From NCBI RefSeq assembly GCF_001194135.2, contig NC_068982.1, positions 103,058,952-103,122,951 of the forward strand: a stretch of 64,000 nt of DNA, written 5' to 3'. How positions within the stretch are numbered: the first letter of the stretch is position 1; each line of letters begins with the position of its first letter. Shown here piece by piece: positions 37,900 through 49,567 of the stretch. The position numbers and the translations under genes are program-made. The stretch comes from Octopus bimaculoides. Lineage: Eukaryota. Under the pieces are notes generated by a model, which did not search any database, was not told the origin of the DNA, and saw only the letters and a list, made by a program, of their open reading frames with translations.

Positions 37900-39364
37900 A
37901 TTATCTTTTTAAATCCTGCTACATTTCATATGCAATTTCTGGTTCTTCCAATATCATTGTGGTGTATAAGCTGATCTACATATTTTTGGTTATAAATCTT
38001 TGCCTAAAAAATTCGACTTGGTATGCTGGAAAATATGATAGAGGGATTTAACTCAACAACCAGTCATCTTGCTAGGCTACTTGGTTACTTACTATACAAA
38101 AGCTTTAGTAAATTTTAAAGTTCCTCTTTCATTTTATCTTTAGTTTCACTTTTGAAACTTGTTATCTTGTGTTAACCTGCATTTTCTACTGAACATACAC
38201 AGCTTACATTTCGTATTTCATATAGCCATACATACATTCATATATGTGTATATATGCATAAATGTTTATTTCCTAATTGTATCCAAACATGCATACACTT
38301 ACACATCTGTATGTATATAAAAGTTTTTGTTATATTCTTTTATATTGGGCTTTCTGATCACTTTGCAATAATTCTTCATGTTGTATATATAATATACATG
38401 AGTATACTATATGTATCTGTAAAAGCTTTCAGATAATGATATCTGTTTGCAATTTCTAGCTTTCTTGTTTTTACATTTTCAATATATTATGTTGAAACTT
38501 TTGTTTATGACAGTAGTTTATATTAATTTGACTAAACTGCTTTGTGATATTTACTTACACATCTCTGCACACTGAATTCAAATCCCATTGAGGTTTAGGT
38601 TGCTTTCATTACTCCAGTGATGTTAATATAATTAGTGATAATGAACTCAGGTTGCTTCAGTTGACTATAACCCTTCCCTACAAATGTATGGGCCATATGC
38701 CAAAGTTAGAAACTGTTTTTTGTTATTTTTGCTGTCATTATTTTTATTAAGCTGCTTGTTCTAAGGATGAACATTTTGAAATACAACCTCTGTCATTTTC
38801 AAATATTCACTCTCAACTAATCATGTCAACAAGCTATTACGTAATTTTCTCCACATCCCCCTCCTATTATCAGGGCCTAACAATCCATGTGTTATTGAAA
38901 TGTTATTTAGTATTATAAGTCATCATAATCTGTTGACTTCAGCTTACATCTGTACCAAGCATGATGATGAACACAATCCATATCCTGTTCCATATCAGTG
39001 TCCTAAGTTCATCAGTAGTCACAACACAACTGTCCTTTAATAATGTCATTTGTGGTTCATTCTCTAATGGTTCCCATTAGTGATAGGATTTGATTACTAC
39101 ATGGTTCAAGTCTTAAAATAATGTTTTTTAATATCATTTCCATTCAGAGACTTGTGTGGCAAGAAGCTATTTAGTATCTGCCAGATTGTGCTGGCAAGCT
39201 AGAGCCATCTTCATATTATTTTGTTGGTCAACTGAATGAGCTTGCCGTAATTCACTTGTAATTAAATCTATACAGAAAATGTACAAAGAAAACGTCACAT
39301 CTGATTTCTTCATTAAATAAACTGAATTGATACACTTACTTGAGACCCTTGTTTTCCCTACGTA

Positions 39365-39578
39365 GTGGCTAGTGCAAATGTTACACATAAAAAGCACCCT
39401 ATACACTCTTTAAAGTGGTTGGTGTTAGGAAAGGCATCCAGCTGTAGAAACCATGCCAAAGCAGACATTGGAACATGACACAGTCTTTAAAACCATTGGA
39501 TCCTCTCAAACCATCCAACCAATGCTGGTATGGAAGACAGGCATTAAAAAATGATGATGATGATGATGATGACGACAA
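39365..39578 (+). mobile_element. RTE-tail short repeat
   Basis: AAAAAGCACCC..GTGGTTGGTGTTAGGAAAGGCATCCAGCTGTAGAAACC...(GAT)n. Confidence 0.8.
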
Positions 39579-40679
39579 CTCATAAAAAAATAGCTCAATA
39601 TATATGATTTATTTTAGAGCCATAATGATTTATAGAGAGAAGGAGAAGTGAAGTTGTAGTATTAGTGATAGAAATGAAATAAATGGTTGCAATTGGAAAC
39701 CAAATTGAATCACAAATTTAATTTTCTACTCTATATTGCTCGTCATTTTAAATCATGCCATGATATTATAGCATGTAATTTTGTTATTTCACATCATTAT
39801 GCATTCATACATATCAACTGAGACAGTGAAGGAGCATCTACAATGTTGCTCAATCTACTAGATGTAGCAGTAAAATCTTCCTCAAATCATACCTTATTGT
39901 CATATAAAAGGCAGGCTGGTCATGACTGGAATGCCTTTAATCACAAGTCTTCTCAATCAGTGCTGACTCGCAACAAACAACTTCAACCTATCATTCATAA
40001 TTATATATATATATTTTTTTTTTTTTACTGATAGAAAAGTTATTCAGGAAGAATTATTCAAATTTTGTCTCACCATTAGATGGTTATTCCTTTTTAATTT
40101 TTAGTTTTATTTATTTATTTTATTTATTTGTTTATTGAAAAAGGAATTGCTTTAGGAATAACAATAATGTGAGAAATAATTTGAAAGTAATAGTATTTCT
40201 GGTAGCTAGAAAATGAAATTAGCATGAAATTTTTATTTTATAAGAAATATATTTGACAAATTTTTTTTTAGTAGTTTTATTGATTCACTTCTAAATTTCT
40301 TTGTCATTCTTTAGGAGTTATTAATTATTATTCCTTTTTTTATTTTATTTGATCAATTTGTGTAGTAATATCGCATCATATTACCTCCTTGTTATGAATG
40401 ATGGTCTCTTTTCGCTGATGAAATTTGTTGTATATTCTGTATGTAAATGATACGAAGTATATTCTGTATATATATTCTGTGTATAAGTTGATTAAGCAGT
40501 GGCTTGGTAGAGTTGTTAAAGAGTTGGATAGAATACTTTGTGGTATTTGTTTCAGCTTGCTGTACTCTGAGTTCAAATCCCACCAAAGTGAAGTTTGCCT
40601 TTCATTATTTTGGAGTCAAATGTAGATTGGAGGGGTTGGTAAAACATTTGAATGAGATGCCTTGTGGTATTGTGATCAA

Positions 40680-40877
40680 CCCTTTTGTTATATTTCTGTT
40701 GAGATACTCAGTATTTCTTTCAATTAATTTTAAATATAACAAAGAATTTAATAAAATAACTTAGTTATCATTAAGCTAATGTTAAGAACATAAATTGTGG
40801 AAGATTTTAATGCAGAACTTTTGAAAACAAGATGTTTGTACTACAGAGCCAGAAGCGGTTTCAGGGTATCAAAAGGG
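40680..40877. mobile_element. TTAA-type (piggyBac-like) MITE
   Basis: tcaa|CCCTTTTG ... CAAAAGGG|ttaa termini; paralog at 3249. Confidence 0.75.
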
Positions 40878-42374
40878 TTAAATACTGTGTCCTATAACCA
40901 GCATTGTCACAGTGGGAAATAAAGCCTTCAGGACCCAGTGGGATAATAGTGATAAGGATGTTTCAATTAGACCAGAATCTTGGTTTTAACAATTTGCATA
41001 AATGCAGATTCTACTCTAAAGTGAAATAAACACTAAGACAGGAATATTCTGTACGGAAATTGTATAAGATTATTATAAGAACTGTGTCCCTGTCTTTAGA
41101 AGAAGTACATTGTATTTTTGCATGTCATGGAAGGTGACTAAAAGGGTTAGCATCTTGCCATATAACACTGCTTCTGAAGTTCTCATTCATTTCATGTTAA
41201 CTTGAAAAGGTAAGCCTAAACATAATGAAGAAACACCAATTTGAGAGAGAAAAAGAATGAAAGGACTCACTAGATACATGGTTCAAGTTTTGTCAGTAGG
41301 TCTATTCCTTTTCTCTTTTAAATTGATACTTATAATGTTGAATATCTCAAATGTTAACCATTTGTAATATTCCATATGGTTCATATATTTCAACAGAAAG
41401 GATACAATATCCATTATTTATAAATATTCACTTCAGACAAAAATGCAGTATCTCTCTGTCCGTCAATCAGCCAGTCTAAGTATACAACTATCTCTGGCAG
41501 ACATATGAGTAAAGTAAAAGCTACTAATTTCACTGAAGTGTAATGATACACTTGCTTGATCCTTCTAGTGAACATTATTCAGAATCATTTTAGAATTTAA
41601 TTTCTAATGGATGTCTAAACTTGATATGGGAGGTTTCTGTGATTGAGATGTTCCTGACTGCAAATACTAACACTGGTTATTTATTCCTGTATTACTACAT
41701 TAACAATAACAACAACAACCATAAATATTATTAAGCATTAATGCCAAATGGTTGGAAAGATCAAGATCAAAATCAATTTTTATCTTTGTAACAACTTGTT
41801 TGATATTTGCTTAAGATTTTTTGTAAATCTATGAAGGAAAACTTAAATGCAACTCCATTTTGCACTTCACATTGAGAAAATCATTCATTTCAATACAACT
41901 AATTGCTCCAGATGTATTTCTTTTTAAACCATAAATTACTTCTGCCCTCCACTTCCAACTATCATCTGAATAACAATGAGGGTTTTACCATGAAGATGAA
42001 ATCTAGCAAAATATACCAAAGGGTACGTAAAATAGATAGCAATGATATTATTATGTCTGTAAACTAATAGTAAGAAGTCTGCTAGTTGCTGTATTAATCG
42101 TTAACAAAATGTGTAATTATTCTATTCCATGAAAACTTGTATTCAGTTAAGAATATAAATTTCACTGCAAGAGAAGAGCATTATTTCATTGAGGTCATAA
42201 CTATGTTTCTATCTGTAAAATTGTTATGATATTTAATGGTCTTAATTTCCCATTTCTATCAGTTTATGAAAAGTTTATTATAGTCCACCAGGCTTAGTTG
42301 AGTCATGGAGTTTAACTGAGAGTATAAGAGTAACGTAGCAGAGTATATATAAGTTTTAGATTAGCTGTCCCTTT

Positions 42375-42760
42375 GAAATCCTGAATACTTATGACCTAGT
42401 TCTTACAGCTGAATCTGTAGAAGGTTTCAAGATGAAACTCCAGATTTAGAAGCAAAACCTAGATTCATGCAGAGTAAAAACCAAAGTTTTAGTAAATTCA
42501 AGACAGCAACTTCTGCTATCAGGGAAATAGCTGTACTCAATATGCTAAAAAGAAGAGCTGGTAGAAATACTATATGTGTGCCATATTTACACTATGAACA
42601 TGCAAGAGTTATAGTGAGATCACCAGTAGGATGGTAGAGAAGGTAGATTTCATATATGACAGATGCACAAGTGCAGTCAGCAGTAAAAGTACACATGAAA
42701 TAGATTCTTTCAAATATCCACAAAGCTCTCTAGACGTAGTTTATAGCTTTTTTTTACCTA
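42375..42760 (+). mobile_element. Decayed RTE LINE RT fragment
   Basis: YDLVLTAESVEGFKMKLQI*KQNLDS..VKTKVL matches the region after YADD. Confidence 0.7.
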
Positions 42761-43010
42761 GGCAACCTAATTAGTGGAAATGAGTTCTAAAAGCATAGTA
42801 AACAATAAGAATGGGTGGGAAAAGCTATTACTTCAGCAGTGGTAACAAGATGAGTTTCCATCTGATTGAAAGACAGATTTCATGATGCTGTATAGTAGAG
42901 AGGCATGGGCTCTGAAGAGAAGGATTTGCAAAGGCTTAAACGAAATAAAGTGAGGATGCTGCAATGGGACACAAATGAGCAGAGGGAAAGCTGCATATAA
43001 GATAATCAGA

Positions 43011-43064
<54 letters not shown>

Positions 43065-43155
43065 NNNNNNNNNNNNNNNNNNNNNNNNNNNNNNNNNNNN
43101 NNNNNNNNNNNNNNNNNNNNNNNNNNNNNNNNNNNNNNNNNNNNNNNNNNNNNNN

Positions 43156-43191
<36 letters not shown>

Positions 43192-44404
43192 TGAACCTTT
43201 CTAGCACTCATTGTTGGCATACATCACTTTTCCTTCCTATCACCCTGCCTCCCACCAATCACTCCTCTTCTCTCATCACACTACTCATACTGTTTTTCTA
43301 GTTAAGCTCCTTACCAAGAACTAACATGTAACTGCCTATCAATGTCTCTCTTGCTTTACTTGCTCCTCTACTGCCCTCTCACTCCTTTCACTCTGGTACT
43401 CTCTCTTTCATCACTATCTCTCCTCTTTACCCTTGGTATCCACCTTCAACTAAACAGTGACAATATTGAGTAAAGCAAATTTTTTACTCTTGCTGGTACC
43501 ACAATAAAATGCACTCAATACACTGTGAAATGGTTGGCTTTAAAAAGAATGTCTAGCTGTAGAAACCACACCAAAATAAATGTACAAGTAAGGAATTGGA
43601 TCCAACCCATCTAGGAAGGTAGTTACTCTAAATGAGAGCTAAAATGGATTCTGGTGACCCTGGACTGGTTCCCACCATGAAAAGTAGATGTAAAATAGTG
43701 ATAGTAGCAGCAGCAGCAGCGGCGGTGGTGGTGGCAGTGGCAGTGGTGGTGGTGAAGAAATAGTTTAGTGGCTAAATTGCTGGATTTACCCTTTCAACCA
43801 CAACAATTCAAAACATTTTTTTTTTGTAAAAGTCATCACAATCTGCAAAAATTGAATAAGTGCCAATCCCCTGAGCAAAGCTATTGATTTATATCCCATT
43901 ACCAGTATTGTAATGTGTCCCTGTAAATATATACCATGTAATCAGTTGGAGGAAGGTATTGTAATATTAATAAGTATTTGTTAGTTTGCATAATCTCTGC
44001 AGTCATTATCTCCTATTTGAATATACCTAATACCAATTATCTAAAATTCAAAAACAAAAAAAAGCACATTTTTCTCTATTTCATAGATGAAATACTTGAA
44101 GTTGTTTAATTCCTAGAATTTATAGGCATATTAACTGATTTTTATTTTATCCCATATTATAAATTTAGTGTTTTCTTTTAATGAACTTTATTCATTTTCC
44201 ATGCTTGGATATGTGGAATGGTTATATGTTATGTAACTGGATGCCTTATCTGTTAAAAATCTCTAAATTGTTTAGTCACTCAGGAGCGTTTAATATGTCC
44301 ACTCAACCAAAACTGGAATAATCAATGTTGTACGTACTTCATCTCACAGTATCTTCACCACACTCATTGTGTCTCTTTGAGCAAGGATTTAGAAAACATA
44401 AACA

Positions 44405-44569
44405 GGCGCAGGAGTGGCTGTGTGGTAAGTAGCTTGCTTACCAACCACATGGTCTCGGGTTCAGTCCCACTGCGTGGCACCTTGGGCAAGTGTCTTCTAC
44501 TATAGCCTCGGGCCGACCAAAGCCTTGTGAGTGGATTTGGTAGACGGAAACTGAAAGAAGCCCGTTGTA

Positions 44570-44614
<45 letters not shown>

Positions 44615-44779
44615 GTACGTGTGTGTATATGTTTGTATGTCTGTGTTTGTCCCCCCAACATCGCTTGACAACCGACGGTGGTGTGTTTACGTCCCCGTAA
44701 CTTAGCGGTTCGGCAAAAGAGACCAATAGAATAAGTGCTAGGCTTACAAATGACTGAAACAAGTAAAAGAATAAAAGAG
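44405..44779 (+). mobile_element. SINE family A, young, tail deletion
   Basis: Near-consensus head with CpGs retained; CTTACAAA|TGACTG join. Confidence 0.9.
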
Positions 44780-44784
44780 ATCCT

Positions 44785-45210
44785 CATCATCATCATCATT
44801 CCATGCTGGCATGGGTTGTTAGATGGTTTAACTGAAACTGGTAAGCTGAAGGACTGCACTAGATTCCAATCTTATTTGGCATGGTTTCTCCAGCTGGATA
44901 CCCTTCCTAACACCAAACACTCCAAGAGTGTAATGGGTGCTTTTTATGTGACACCACCATTGGCCATGACTATGACTTCAATTAGCTTGATGGATCTTCT
45001 CAGGTACGGCATATAAGTGACTGAGACTTCACCAGAAGTCTCAGTCACTTATCATTGCCTCTGTGAAGCCCAACGTTCAAAGGGTGCTTCTTATGTGCTA
45101 CCAGCACGGGTGCCAGTTATGTGACACTGGCATTGGCCACGGCCACAATTTCACTTGGTTTCATGGATCTTCTTAAGCACAGCATATCGCCAAAGGTCTT
45201 AGTCACTTAA
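44785..45210 (-). mobile_element. RTE-tail repeat with tandem 3'UTR units and a local 18-bp hairpin
   Basis: (CAT)n...CAGCTGGATACCCTTCCTAACACCAA; two GGATCTTCT.A.G.AC.GCATAT units. Confidence 0.75.
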
Positions 45211-45364
45211 AAAAATAACTATTTTCATAATATGTGTCCCCCAACCATCTATGTTTACTGATTCATTAGCTGTTCTTAAGCCAAGCTCTGTGAGGCCTTT
45301 GGAATTTTATCAATTCCAAATTATACATATATATATCTTCTCAAATTAAATTCTTAATTCATAT

Positions 45365-46262
45365 TAGTAAATTATAGAAGTCGACAATTATCCAACATTG
45401 GAAAATATTTCAGAGAAAAGCCATTGGGGATACATCCATTGGTGCATCTATTTTTAAACTCAGTTATTCTCTTAGAGCTACCACAGTATTCTAAAGACAA
45501 ATATGTTACTGCCATCTTTAAGAAGGGAATAATTGTGATGTTAGAAATAATGATTCTTGATATATATATATATATCTTTTACTCTTTTACTTGTTTCAGT
45601 AATTTGACTGTGGTCATGCTGGAGCACCACCTTTAGTCGAACAAATCGACCCCAGGACTTATTCTTTGGAAGCCTAGTACTTATTCTATCGGTCTCTTTT
45701 GCCGAGCCACTAAGTTACAGTGACATAAACACACCAGCATCGGTTGTCAAGCGATGTTGGGGGGACAAACACTGACACGCAAACATATACACACACACAC
45801 ACATATATATATACAACGGGCTTCTTTCAGTTTCCGTCTACCAAATCTACTCACAAGGCTTTGGTCGGCCCGAGGCTATAGTAGAAGACACTTGCCCAAG
45901 GTGCCACGCAGTGGGACTGAACCCGAAACCATGTGGTTGGTAAGCAAGCTNNNNNNNNNNNNNNNNNNNNNNNNNNNNNNNNNNNNNNNNNNNNNNNNNN
46001 NNNNNNNNNNNNNNNNNNNNNNNNNNNNNNNNNNNNNNNNNNNNNNNNNNTAGTAAATTATAGAAGTCGACAATTATCCAACATTGGAAAATATTTCAGA
46101 GAAAAGCCATTGGGGATACATCCATTGGTGCATCTATTTTTAAACTCAGTTATTCTCTTAGAGCTACCACAGTATTCTAAAGACAAATATGTTACTGCCA
46201 TCTTTAAGAAGGGAATAATTGTGATGTTAGAAATAATGATTCTTGATATATATATATATATC
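45365..46262 (+). repeat. Identical 212-bp direct duplicate (45365-45576 = 46051-46262) around a SINE and a 100-N gap
   Basis: Base-for-base identity by eye including the TA-run length; second copy begins at the gap edge. Confidence 0.9.
45577..45950 (-). mobile_element. SINE family A, young, runs into gap
   Basis: 2 differences over ~140 bp of head versus the copy at 44405. Confidence 0.9.
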
Positions 46263-47611
46263 AGCATGGCCACAGTCAAAAGACTGAAACAAGTAAAAGA
46301 GTAAAAGAGTAATATATATTCTATGCAAGGTTCTGGATTTATTTGTTTTATACAAGGTAATGAAATATTTAGCAAACAATAAGATCTTAACAAATTAAGA
46401 TATATTCATTACTGTGAAAAAATAAATCAGTTTTGTTTATATTTCGTTAATAGTCCAGCTGTGTAAATGAATGTAGTCCACATGTGAAGTGTCTGAATTT
46501 TTCCATAATCTTTTGAATCTGTTTTGTGTGGAGGGTTATTGTTATATTTAGTGGCATATGACAAAGAAATGTCTTTGATCCAATTGCTTTTTGTTGTATA
46601 TAGACACACACACACACACACACATATAGCTACCCACATCCGACTTCTTCCATATACTTCCTTTTAGTTGTGGGAGCTTTCTTCATTTTCTTTTTCTGTT
46701 CTTTTATCTTGCAAGTTACATGGCAACCTCACTAGCACCAGTGGAACATAAAAAAACACCCAATACACTCTGTAAAGTGGGTGGCATTAGGAAGGGCATA
46801 TAGCCATAGAAACCATGTCAAAGATGATATTGGATCTGAACACAGCCCTAGAGGTTACCAGTTCCCTATCAAACAGTCCTACTCATGCCAGCATAGAACG
46901 CAGGTGTTAACCAATGGTGAGATATATATAGGAGAGAGTGGTGGTGGGGGGGGGGATGAATAGACAAACAGGTGGACATTAGCAATGATAGCAATTGTGA
47001 TGGTAAGAGTTTTATTCTCTCTATGCCACTAAAAATGTGAAGGTTAACAGATTTGAATAATGTTCCACTTCAACCCCAAACTTGATATTTTATAGGCAAC
47101 TTCTATTCTCGTATTTTATAAACATAAAAAAAGAAAGAAAGAAAGAAAATGTATCAGATTTGCTGCAGTAATAAAGAGAAACCATTACTATGTCCAGACA
47201 GATAAAATGTCTTTTAGAAAACTGAAACAGATTGTTTCTCTGCTTGTTTAGCATTACTAAAAACACCACATTATTCACAGTACTTTTAGTTCACTATCTA
47301 AAAAGAATACCACCCTAAGATATTTCAATTAATTTCTTGCACATTTATTAAATAACATTAGATACTACAATAGCCAAATGTTAAGGTACAGGTTTGTTGA
47401 TCTGCAAAGATAATTCATAATCCACCCACTGGTATTGTATCTTTTACTTGAAAGAAGAATGTTCGAAATGTCATTCTTGTGTAAAACACTTACTACAGCA
47501 ATTTATGCAATATCCAAAATTTTAGGGTCATTTAATATGTATCAAACATTGAAAGTGAATCTTTTAAGATTTTAGAAAATATGTTCTATTGTTAATTATT
47601 TATTTTTTTAG

Positions 47612-47758
47612 AAAACATTTGCAATATGACAAACCAACATCACCTGATCCTGCTGGTGAGCAGACTGATGCCTGGGGGTCGCATCAAGTGGCTTCTAATG
47701 GCAGAAATCAGAACTACAATGGGTTTGTCCCACAAAGAACGTTTACTGTTACTTTTGG
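47612..47758 (+). CDS. Candidate internal exon (KHLQYDKPTSPDPAGEQTDAWGSHQVASNGRNQNYNGFVPQRTFTVTF), unknown product
   Basis: tttttttag| acceptor, TGG|gtaaca donor, 147 nt, GC clearly above flanks, no repeat match; a second frame is also open. Confidence 0.45.
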
Positions 47759-47779
47759 GTAACATTTCATACATATATA

Positions 47780-47837
<58 letters not shown>

Positions 47838-47965
47838 AGCATGGAAAGTGGACGTTAAATGACGATGATGACATGATGATGATGATATATATATATATAC
47901 TTCAGATCTATTTCAGAGACTTGTGTCTCCAGAAAATTGATAATTTATTATTTCAATTGCTTACC

Positions 47966-48114
47966 AGGTGTGACTGTGTGGTAAGAAGCTTGCTTCCAAA
48001 CCACATGGTTCTGGGTTAAGTCTAACTGCATGGCATCTTGAGCAAATGTCTTCTACTACAACCTCGAGCGCCTTATGAGTGGATTTGGTAGATGGAAACT
48101 GAAAGACACCTGTC

Positions 48115-48176
<62 letters not shown>

Positions 48177-48410
48177 TGTGTGTATGTCTATGTGTCTGTG
48201 TTTGTCTCCCACCACTACTTGACAACCAGTGTTAGTGTGTTTATATCCTTATATCTTAGCAGCTCAGTGAAAGAGACCAACAGAATAAGTTCTAGACTTT
48301 AAAAAATATGATAAGTCCTGGGAACAATATGTTCGACTAAAATCCTTTAAGACAGTGCCCCAGCATAGCTGCAGTCAAATGACTGAAACAAGTAAAAGAT
48401 AAAAGATAAA
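47966..48410 (+). mobile_element. SINE family A with expanded internal (TA)n
   Basis: Head and tail match consensus. Confidence 0.8.
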
Positions 48411-48737
48411 ACCATATCTACTAAATGTCTATAAGTTTTTGTTTTTTTTATTTGACATGTAACTTCAACTGTCTTTTTGTTATGTTCAAAGATAAGACAA
48501 ACGGTTGTACATAAGTGTACATAAGTGCATATAAAAGTATATTCTTTTACTTATATTCTTTCAGTATTAGCATGCTTTTTAAATAGTTTTCTAATTTGAT
48601 GTTGTAAGAAATGAACAAATGAATCAGGCAGATTTGATAACTCTAATCTTTAGCTTTACATATATGTCCTCTGGCAGGTTTGAAACTAATAAAGTGATTT
48701 TTTTCCCCCTTCTTTTTATCATATGGATTATACTTAC

Positions 48738-48854
48738 TTCCACTGATATTCTGTTTGCAGGAGCCAATAACAATAACATTTCTGTGCCTGTTTTCTCATT
48801 TTCACCGTGTACAATTTTGAATAGATCATTGTGCACGCTTGACATCTCCACAAA
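48738..48854 (-). CDS. Candidate exon (FVEMSSVHNDLFKIVHGENEKTGTEMLLLLAPANRISVE)
   Basis: GAA|gtaagt donor, weak aaatag| acceptor, 117 nt phase 0-0. Confidence 0.2.
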
Positions 48855-49517
48855 CTATTTGTTGTGAGCACAATATCTTTCATTTTCTTTTCAGAGCACA
48901 TTGAACAACTCACACACACTAAGTAGTCATCTCTTTCTCTCTATATTTCTTTCCACTTCACTATTTCTTATCATTCACTAACAAAACTCCTACCTCAACT
49001 ACAAACTTAACCTGATGTCTGCAGCTGGTTGTCTTTTAAGAATGGCTAGCTTCTGTATGTCCCTATTAATTGTTGCTAGTCCTTTCAGCTACAATATGAA
49101 ACTCCTGCAGTTAATGCTTTTAATTCAAATTTATGCTTTCCATCAGCAAAAGTCTTTCTTCTGTCGGTCTCCTCTTGCTTCAAGATTAATTCAAAAATCA
49201 TTGCTTTATATTATAGATAGGGCACATTTCTTGCTGGATGCTGACACCTTTATCATTTGTATGTCCGACATATGAGTTACAGCAATATCCAATTTCTTTT
49301 TTGTTTCATGATAATTGACAATTGTCTCAAAGCTTTTCTAAAATTAGTTTTAATGATAACTAAATCATTCAGACTATTGACTAGTAGATACCCAACAGAC
49401 TACTCATAAGGAGGACCACCACCACCACCACTCACACACTTAACAGATGCCCCTGCAGCAAAAAAAGAATTATTATTATTATGTGAGGATGCTTGGTCCA
49501 AGCATCACAAGATCATG

Positions 49518-49567
<50 letters not shown>

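Noticed and set aside
44364-44859. Recurrent peptide RHLPKVPRSGTEPETMWLVSK in several ORFs
   Set aside because: Antisense translation of SINE family A, not a protein family
48734-48919. F-box-like reading (DIVLTTNSLWRCQAC)
   Set aside because: Several frames are open, there is no F-box N-terminal half, and no supporting neighbouring exons
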